Source: Strigamia acuminata
Lineage: Eukaryota
Direction: 5' to 3'
Length of the DNA stretch: 64,000 nucleotides
NCBI GenBank assembly: GCA_949358305.1
Contig: OX442314.1
Span: forward strand, 15,810,001 to 15,874,000
The notes below the pieces were generated by a model. That model ran no database searches. It saw nothing but the letters and a program-made list of their open reading frames with translations, and was not told where the DNA came from. Of this stretch, positions 13,302-23,149 are shown one piece after another (positions within the stretch are counted from its first letter, which is position 1; each line of letters begins with the position of its first letter). The position numbers and the translations under genes are program-made.

Positions 13302-16300
13302 TTACAGTTCTTCTTTAACAGCAACAAGGCAATTCTTCAACAGTTGCATCTGGGCCTAAGATGATAAAAAAAAATGACTATAAATATTTACAATTCGTTT
13401 TTCTATCCACTGGAACCCTTAAAGTTTTAAAATCTATTCCAAAAACATGAATTCAATTTACCACGCTATAAAAAATCAATTTCCTTTATGCCGTTTTTCA
13501 AAATTTCAAACTGATCAATAAGCATGCAACATTACATTTTTTCAAAATTTCATTTAGGGCACCTTTTACAAAAGCTACGCAATTTAAAAATATAAAAAAA
13601 TACATAAAAATAAAAGAAAGAAAAAATGTTAAAAAGATATTCTTACTGCAGTTATCATCTTACTTTTGCATGCTTCAATTCCAGTTCAGCTAAATCAACA
13701 AGGTTTTTTCGGAATGCTGCAACTAATCTAGCTTTAAAATCCGTTAACTCTGAAAAAAAAGCAACAATAATAAATAACAAATAATAAATTCAAAAAATAC
13801 AATTTTTTAATGCAATTACAATATCCAATTTCCCATAAATCCTCGCACTGAATCATGTTAAACTCTCCCATTTGTGTTCTCCAGCTATGCCCACCGGAAA
13901 CAACACAAACAAGAACACATTTCTATCTCGAGATTTACGGTAGACAAGCCACAAGTAAACAACATTTATTTACAAATATTGTACAATTACTTTTTCCACC
14001 TTCTGAATTATCACGTCGTCCAAAACCCTCTTTAAATAACTCACATCACAAAACTATTTACGTTTCCTTTATTATTCAAGGCGAATATAATGAGCCCTTA
14101 TCACAACATTTCAACGCAAGGTCCCACCACTTAACCGAATTTTAAACCATCGCCTTAATACCTCCTTCGCTTTTCATCTTTTCATAAAAATACTGCTATC
14201 AGGTGATTGATGAGCAAAGACCCTGCACTAATACATCATCATATCCTCGCTGAATAATTATTCGTCACATTTAACCCAATAGGGGTATATGAGAGCAGAG
14301 AGAGCGCGAAACCCCCCGTCACCCTCCCCCGACCCTAGTTTCTAAATTCACCTTTCTCAATTCATTTAACCACTCCCAACTTCAACAAATGAAACTCGAG
14401 TTTCTTTTTTGTGCAGGTTCGAAATTTTTTTTTAACGAAACCTTTTTTCCTCGCCACACCCAGTATATTAAAAGTGGCTCCCTGTAGGCTTTTGTAATTG
14501 AAATCCGGCGTAATTTCTCTTCGACAAACACACGCAATGAAGCGCAGTAAGAAAACGCTGTCAAGTTTGCTTTCTTTAGCCTCGCATCGACTCATGTTTT
14601 ATGCAACGTGCTACGCAAAACGTAGAAGCGTATCTCATATATCTCAATTAAGAGAATTTTAAGAAAACTCAACATCTTCAATTATACACACATTATCGCA
14701 TCATTTTCACTTACCCTCTTTGGCTTTTTCAGATATTTGTTCAAACTTCTCGCAAGCTTGTTGCTGAGTGAGTTCCGCCTGCAATTGACCAAAAAAAAAA
14801 AAAGAATTCAAGCAAATAATCATTTTTTCCAAAATTAATTAAATAATAAAATAAACATAAATCATTTCAGAAGCGCGGATAAATCTTTTTCAGTCCCGCA
14901 CACCCAAATTACCCCCCAATTTATTGCAATTGCACAACAACTTAAATTTCCCCACAAAATATGTATTTGTCAACCTACAAGAAAATATGTCGTGTCACGC
15001 AGCACCAAAGTGGGGCCACGAAGCACAATTGCCCTCAACGTGCCCTCCTACCGAGTCAATCAAGAAGTTCTTCTTTAAACCTTGCCTTATATTAAATATC
15101 TGATTAGGGTCTACAAAGGGCGCAAAGATAACGAGGAGTCACATTAGCACGTTTCTGATTAATCTTTTTTTGATAACGTGGTAAAATACAAGCCAGTTTT
15201 ATCCCTCGTGTGTTACAACACTTCGAGAGGGTGAAGGGGCTAAAAAAAAAAAAACATCTGAAAATCTGAGATTAAGCCCGAGGTTTGGATAAGTACGAGA
15301 TAGAAAAGCATTGCCTCAAGAACCTTATCAATCCCTTAGGATTGACGAGCAATTTTATTCTTGACATCTGGCTCAAACATGGGTATGTGGGTGTTGCCTC
15401 TTCAACTATTCCACCTTATAATGTGTATCAGATGGGCGAAAAGAAAAAAAAATTGAACCTGTTTTATTTCAAGGTTCACTGACCATATTTTAAGTCATTG
15501 AATTTCTTCAAACTGAGCAATAGAGATGAGAATTTTACAAGATGCTAATTATCTTATCACTTTTACGATTTTTAAAAAATCTTTTTAAAGGAGATATGGC
15601 CGTAAATCATGCAGTGGGTTCATTTCAAAGTCTGTCTGCAGTAATAATTAGATTCCAAGTCTCAAAAAATGTTTATTTTGGGGGTAAAACAACCTCCGAA
15701 AATAGATATTTATATAGTATTATTACAAATTAAAATTCCATGTTTATTTTCGTGTGCTCGCCCTCAAAACAAACATTATTCGCAAACCAGAGATTTCTCC
15801 TTGGCTCCAAGTTGGAACAACATTATCGGACACAGTTGCAAGAAGAAGCAACTAATGCCTTAATTTTTCACCGAGATTTAACAACCTAATTGAAAGAACA
15901 GAAGAGATTCACTTAAGTATTTAAGTGAGAAGACAAAAAAATCGACATAAAATTGTCTGAGGGAGAAAGAGGAAGTATTAAAAAAAAAATAGAAGAGAAA
16001 AAAAAAAGAAACTACTCCCACCAGGTTAGAACTGGTGGGAATTACAGTAATCATTCACACTTTTCACAATCACTTTGTGGCAACAAAAAAATAATTATTC
16101 CAAATGATTCCCACCTGCATAAACCACCCGCTCATTAACTTAATCTAATTCCATAAATATTTTTTAAATATTTTTTTCATTATTATTCTTTTACATACAA
16201 ATGAATTCCGAGCTAGAGAATGGTTTCACACTTAGCACACAATGCATTTCAAGCAACAACCCATTTTTCCGTAGGTTGCTGAAAGAAAACTCATTTTGAC

Positions 16301-19300
16301 ACTTCAATGGATGACTCCATTTTCCACAGCCACAACCAATACTTAAAATCCTGCAACAGGGGACTGAAAATTATATGCAATTACCGCGAACTGAGACCAC
16401 CCAGTTTATTTGTAACGGTAGAAGACTTTTTATAAAAAAAAATAAAAAAAAAAGGAGGAGAGATATTTCACTGACTTATGGCGTGCAAAAAAGAAATAAA
16501 TTATCAAAACGTAACATTACTTTCCGCAATTTTTCCAAACCACCATACTTCTCTTAAAGTTTATGTTTTAAAACCCTTCATGTACAACGTACAACTAAAT
16601 TTAAAACTTTCACTAAATAAATTTAATCAAATTTTTATTAATAATAAAACCAAAAAAAAAATTAAAAAAAAGCAAAAAAAAAAAAAAACAATGACTGATG
16701 CAGTAAAAAAAAATTACTTACTTCAGCCACTTCGAGTGCCTTTTGATAGCAAAAAGAAATCAAAAAAATAATAATCAATGTCACTAAAAACCAAAAAAAT
16801 AGACAAATGTCACGCTAAATGTTTATTCATAGTCACACAAACTGCAAATCATCGAATGCAGTAAACAACAAGAAAAAATTTACTGCACTTCAAATCAACT
16901 TTGTGATGTTAGCTCGAGATGTTGACCTGAACGATTTTTTTTTTTTATTCCAAGAACAGAGTTGAAGATCCTACTTAAAATTCAACACAATGATTTGAAG
17001 GCGTGACCATCGAATTACTCATCATCAACCCATGCAGCACTCAATTTGAGCAGTCTCAAAAATTACCAGATGCCCTTCAAATTTGCAGCATACTTTAAAT
17101 TGACCGTGTACCAACTCAAACTGACTGTGTTCCACGCACAAGAGATGACGCGCCCACACTCTGCACAAGATCAAGGTTAAACTGCAGACAGTTGTCTTGA
17201 AAAAACATTCAACAATAACCTCGCCTCGCCCACCACCAGCTTTTTTTCCTGCAAATTTTAACGTTCAGTGAACAGTGATGGATTTCAGTTGGAAATATAA
17301 ACATAAATTCATTAATCATCACAAAATCGATATTTCTTAAATAAATTCCATTCCAACCGAAGATTTTCTACACTGACTGTTGTTTTTTTTTCAAATAAAT
17401 CTATTTATTTATTTATTTAAACCCATCAACATGTCTTTATAGTCAATTACATTTTTAATCTTTCATTCTAGCTTAAGAACAGTTCCAGCGACCTTGAGTC
17501 TGTGTAGACGGAAAAAGCTCATAAATACTGGGCTTAACTAAAAACTATTTGTATAAATGTTTGTCTGAAATGTTGCTGGTCAGCTTTTAACATTTTTTAA
17601 TGTTTTACATGTGCATTCGAAAATAGAAGCGCCATAAATGAGTTTATCATCGATCTGATAGAGGGGGAAAAAACCTGCTAAAAATTTAGCTGCAAAATTT
17701 TGGCACAAACAAGCGAGTTTCTAATTTCGAATGCAGATATTAACTTGAGAAACATGACAAGCTGTTGAAAGTGTTCACGATTTATTATATTGTCTAATTT
17801 TTAATTTGTCGTTAAAACTCGTTTTCTCCTGTTCCGCTTACCTCCTGCTTTGTTCAATTAGTTTGGTCATGGTTTATCGCAATAACAATTCAACTTGATG
17901 ATTTAAATCAGCGTAAATGTCTTTAACGTCCATTTGTAGTATATTTTTTTCACAATTTCAATCAAATACCGGTACATTTTTAAATTTTTATGTACGATAT
18001 TTTAATTTATCACTCACCGTGTGCACTTCTTTGTTCTTCATTCTAGCTTTTTCCAAATTCCTATTTGCAGCTTCGTAATTCGCCAAGCAACGTAAACGGC
18101 GGTATAAAAGATCCTACGAGCAATAACGATTTTTTTTTTAAAAAAAATCATTTATAAAAAATATAAATCAGTTTGCTATCACCTTAGCAGCACTAGAATC
18201 CCTTAAGTAATATCGTAACGTGTCCGATAATTTTAAATCTTCATCCGAAGCTACACGCCCCTCGATTTTCTGAAAACAAATGCAAAAAAACTATAAAATT
18301 GCAAATTTAAACGAATAAAAATAACGGAGGCAATTTACCCTAACTTTTTCAAACGTTTCTGCTACTCTATTCAAAAACCTACCACACAAAAGCAATTTAC
18401 AACTAGAATTTTTAGCTTTTATCTTTACATTTACTTTTCTAGCTCGGTGCAGTCGAGAGTTGCTAACAGCGCCATACCAGTGGAAATTTTTATGTAACTA
18501 TCAGCAACGGCTACAAAAGAACAAAACGTCAAGTTATCGCCATTTTTATTTATATTTTTGTTGGGGTTTATACTTTTATGACATTTGGTCAAACGTTCGG
18601 CTTTGGCCGAAGCGTCCTTCAATCTGGAATGATATTCTAGCAGAAAATTACTTTCATTTTCAAAAAAATCGTCAACATCCTGCAAAGAAATAAAGAAATT
18701 AAATATTCAAGTATGGTATCCTGGAAAACACAAATGTAGCCACCTTCTGTGTCGATGAAAGCAGCATGTCGTCAGCAGACCTGTGCAAAGTTTTCATCCA
18801 GCCTCCAAGTTTCTCTTTCTTGTTTTTGTTTCTGACGCAAAGCTTAAAAAGTAACAACACATTCGAACGGATTGTCTCGAAAATTAAGGAAATTCGTAGA
18901 AAACATTCTTCTTACATCTTGGTCGTATTCCAAAAATACCCTGAAATTATTATCGTGTCTGAAAACCGGATGAGCCGCTAAACGAATAAGAAACACTTCG
19001 TGCATGGCGACAGTCTTTTTGAAAGTGGCAAGATATTCCCTAAAATAAATGTACAGAAAGTCAAGTTTAAAAAAAAATTAACATAACATTCTAATAAGTG
19101 GAATAAAGTGGAAATTTACGCCTCCAATTCCTGCTTCATTTTGCTAAACTCTTCTTTGGTCATCGTTCCTTCACCTTCGCCTAATTTTTGGAGTTTTTCA
19201 CGGGAAGCATCAAAATCGGGACGCGGCGGAGCAGGAGGGATCTAAATCACCAGTAATCAAATTATTTTCCATTTCAATTTTCCAGTTTATAAAAATAATA

Positions 19301-20019
19301 ATACAATATAGCCGGCGTAATCTTCGTTTTCCTCGAACTGATCATGAAGCCAAACAAATTCTTCGTGCTGTCTAACGACAGAAAATTCACTTTTCTGAAA
19401 CTCTGGCAGAGTTGTCTGTAATCAAAATAAGTGTTAATAATCTTTCATTCAATCTTTCGGCACTTTGCTCACCTTCGTGTGCACGGTGAACTTCACTTTA
19501 TCTCGTTCGCTCAACGCATCAGATATATCGACTATCAATGATGAATCAGTTAAATCCACGTTTTCTGACCTTGTGGTTTGCTGAAAAAAATAAACAGGTC
19601 AATTGGTTTTATGACGAAAACGTAAAAAAAAAATAAGAGAGATTACAAATGTATTTAGTTTCCATATTTTTATTCGTAGACTTTTTTTAAATTGTGCATC
19701 GTATTACTGCAGCTCGTACAGTTGTCTGAAACGTTGCAGGAAGCATTATGTTTCATTTAATTGTTGCTTCCTGCATTATTTCGCGTCTAAAGAGTTGTGT
19801 GAGGTTTTTTCGAATCTTTACTACATGTTGCTCTTCAAAATTAATCATTTTTCAAGTTCGGCTTTTTCTCTTCCAACTTACTTTTATTGGCACTTCTGAT
19901 AAAATATCAGGGCTGTCATCTAGTCCGTCCTTTAAAGAAAGACAACAAATATTTAGTAGAGATTAGCTTTTAAAAAAAATAAATAAATAGCAAAAAATCT
20001 AAATTCCACCCACCATCAT
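13302..20019 (-). CDS. SNX6: Sorting nexin 5/6 (PX-BAR), about 15 coding exons
   Basis: Assembled exons give [14 protein letters not shown]...|...[20 protein letters not shown]|...[12 protein letters not shown]...[24 protein letters not shown]...DVDDFFE...[17 protein letters not shown]...[10 protein letters not shown]. Distal exons: 14715-14778 ([21 protein letters not shown]), 13664-13749 ([28 protein letters not shown]), 13302-13355 ([17 protein letters not shown]). Junctions checked are GT-AG and in phase. Confidence 0.95.
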
Positions 20020-20304
20020 GGCTGCTACTATTTCACCGATTCTGCTAATTTACCGATTACTTACTCACGTGATAGTACTCTCGTTCCCAATACGTCGTAT
20101 CTCGGAATTAAATGTCAAATGATTTGTTGCATTTTTAATTTAAATTGTATAAATTATATTTACGGTAAATTATTTCAACAAACTAAATTTTGTCTATATT
20201 TTGAATAAATACTTCAAATTAAATTTATATATTTAATTTTGAAACCGAAAGTTAAAGTTGGGGTGCCATTGACATTTCCGTAGTTTCTCGTTCGATCTCA
20301 ATAG
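20020..20304. promoter_or_regulatory. Bidirectional promoter region SNX5/6 <-> uORF/MKKS
   Basis: Head-to-head arrangement; a + strand splice donor AG|GTGAGA at 20305 marks a non-coding first exon. Confidence 0.55.
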
Positions 20305-20379
20305 GTGAGACTTGGTGTTAATGTTTACCTTTAAATTTAGAGTAAAATTAAATTAATATTTTATTTTTATTGAATAGGG

Positions 20380-20580
20380 ATGTCTGTAAAAGGATCCATT
20401 TACAAATACAGAACTTCAATCGCTTGCCTAGCTGGAATTGTTGCTTTTCATGTAGCGTGGTATCAACTACAATATAATCCAGCTTTCGTGAAGGAACATG
20501 AAAGACAAGAGTTTCCACTTATAAAAATATATAAAAAATATATAAAAAAAGAAGAGAATGAGCACCAGGAGAAAAAATAA
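20380..20580 (+). CDS. 66-aa single-TM microprotein in the MKKS leader, similar to human MKKS uORF product (uMKKS1)
   Basis: Complete ATG-TAA ORF immediately after a splice acceptor (AG 20376-20377). Hydrophobic segment followed by HxxWY-x5-PxF, as in the human uMKKS1 peptide recalled from memory. Confidence 0.8.
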   Translation: MSVKGSIYKYRTSIACLAGIVAFHVAWYQLQYNPAFVKEHERQEFPLIKIYKKYIKKEENEHQEKK

Positions 20581-20695
20581 TATCACACAATAGGCTGATA
20601 AGCATTAGTTTTGTTGTTTTCGTCCTTTAATGTACGATTTGAATAACAATTTGAGTTGCCGGTGATAATTCGTTTAACTATTTTTATTCTAGATA

Positions 20696-22449
20696 ATGTC
20701 CAGAATTAAAATTGACCCTAGACAGGAGTCACAAATAATCCTAAATCCCACGAGTGAAAAGACTTTGCAGAAACAATTATTACTTTGGAAGCATTTAACC
20801 TCTTCATGCTACGGACCGTTTGGTAAAAGCATGTCCGTGCAAAACGTAATTGGTGGCCACGTGAGCATCACAAAGTCAAGTTGCCGATTATTGGAATTAA
20901 TTCGCCCATCCCATCCAATGACACAACTAGTTGTATCTGCTATTAAAAATCATATGAAACGTTATGGGGATTTTGGTCTTTTCGCGACGACTTTAGTGTT
21001 TGAACTACTAGACGCATATGAGAAAACGAACCTGCCCCAGTCCGCTAAATCTATTGCGAATGAATATTTCAGTAGAATAATTTTAAATCACCTATTAGAT
21101 GCAGAAAATAGTTGTTGTTGTTTAAAATTGGATTTCACGTGTGTGCATCAGTTAATGCCAGTTGTGAAATGTATTTTTAGAAGCAAGTTATTCGTATTAA
21201 CTGAAGATGAAATTTGTTTTATATCTAGTTTATCGTTAGAATCGTTTTTCTCACTGCTACCTTGTGATTTGGATCAAAACAATGTTTTTAAATTGGGCAA
21301 ACTTCATACAATACGTCAGGAGGGTGTTTCGATGAAACATTCTAAGTTTATTTCCGGTTTTCTTTATGCTTTACCAATTTCGCAGACAGCTTGGAAAGAT
21401 TTCAACTTGTTAAATTGTAAAATAGCTTTATTCAAAGTGTCCTTAGCTGGGGATTTGTCCTTAACCGATCTTACGATTGAAGTGAATCAAGATCACGCCG
21501 TTAAGGATTGTGTTTTTAAAATGTTGTTTGATTTAGTCGAAAAATTAATCGAATTCAGAGTTGAAATTGTCGCTTGTCAAAAAGTAGTTCATCCTAAAAT
21601 TTGTAAATTGTTAGAAAGTCAAAACGTGATCGTTTTACAGCGTTTGGGTGAAAATGGATGCCAGGAAATTAGTGAATTAACAAGTAAGAGTTTTTTGGCC
21701 AAAATAAGATTAAAAGAGATAACTTAAATTTAAATGAATTTCAGAAAGTGTTCCTATTGCTTCTCTAAATGCCGAAAACATTAGCGAAAATGATTTTGGA
21801 GTTGTTGGAAAAACAGAACTTCTGGCATTGTTTGGAAGAAATTACGTGAGATTTTTTGGATCGCCTGGTACAATAGTACTCTGTCATAACAACGAGGAGA
21901 ATTTGAATGAATTATCAGTAAGAAAAACAAAAAAATTTCGAAATATAAACATTTTATTTCCTGTATTTAATTTCAAATATAGACCGTATTTCAGCAAAGT
22001 TTTCGATCTTTGAAATTGTTATTGCACAACAATAAATTATTCATTGGAGGCTCCTGTTTAGAAGTCCATTTAGCATCAGTAGTAACTGACGAGGTAAATA
22101 TACAATCACAGCACTCAGTAACAATTTACAATATTCAAATATTTTGCAGGTTAATCGATCCAAACGTTTGGAAAATCATGTGCAATCATTAGGTATTAGC
22201 GCGGGACAACTGACAGAAGCTGTAACTACATTTTCAGCCGTTTTAAAAAGAATGGGTTTAAATTTACTCAAAAATAAGGATGTAACGAATGCAGAGCATG
22301 AATGCTGCTGCAGATGTTGCGGCAATTTGAAAATTGAAGAAAATTCAGTACTCGATGTCGCCGTAAGCAAACTGTCGGCATATAAGACCGCGATGGAAAC
22401 TGTATCGATGATACTTAAAATCGGCATTTGTATAATTGACAAAACTTAA
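20696..22449 (+). CDS. MKKS: McKusick-Kaufman/Bardet-Biedl syndrome chaperonin-like protein (BBS6); exons 20696-21683, 21745-21917, 21983-22093, 22150-22449
   Basis: MSRI start; SCYGPFG, GGHVSITKSS, degenerate ATP motif GDFGLF, IALFKVSLAGD, CQKVVHP, GGSCLEVHLA, and C-terminal VLD...KLSA...ILKIGICIIDK, all characteristic of MKKS. Confidence 0.93.
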
Positions 22450-22461
22450 TAAAAATCATTA

Positions 22462-23045
22462 TTATTCAGTGGCTTGTGAAAACAATTGCTGCGCAAATTC
22501 TTCGTCTATAAACTTTAGTTTGTTGCATTCACTTAAAAAACATTCTCTCAGATCTTCTAATGTTTGTGATTCCAAATATCTAACTGACTCGATGTTAGAC
22601 GGTGTAGAGGTGTCGCACGAAGCTGCAGCTAATTTCAAACGATTTTCTAAATCTGTGAATATTTTCGTCACTTCCTCCGACAATCCCGAATTGTTGGAAC
22701 TTATTGCGAGTGACCTACAATAATAAAGTTTGATACATTGTTTTTGTTTTTTATACATACTTTGACATCATACCATAAAATACCACGCAATCTTGCCACT
22801 TTATACACACTCGTGTATCCTATCGAGTAGCCTGTGTTAAATCCCTCTTGTAGGGAAACTTCTTGGCCATCAGTCACGCCGTCTCGATAACCATCCTGAA
22901 ATTAGATGAATTTTAAGTGACAATTTAAAATATCGTAAGGATACAACCATACCTTATAACGGGCATCGATTAATCTCCGATGAGTAGTTTCTTCAGTTGC
23001 AAAAGTATCATCGATGTTCGAATCGCCTTTATCTTTTTGCTCCAT
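22462..23045 (-). CDS. YAE1: YAE1-domain protein; exons 22953-23045, 22774-22895, 22462-22714
   Basis: Deca-GX3-type motif KDGYRDGVTDGQEVSLQEGFNTGYSIGY followed by ARLRGIL; in-phase GT-AG introns. Confidence 0.88.
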
Positions 23046-23149
23046 GTGGATGGAAATTATTATGACGTCATTCCGCATCAACTCCTTGATCCGGGACCTT
23101 CAGTTTGAATGAATGTTCCGTTTTATTCAGTGTCCCATATTCGTGAAAA

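Noticed and set aside
22896..22952. GTATCCTT (U12 donor consensus) 8 nt inside YAE1 intron 1
   Set aside because: Its use would shift the frame and leave a 49-nt intron with no good U12 branch site; the ordinary GT donor gives the correct protein.
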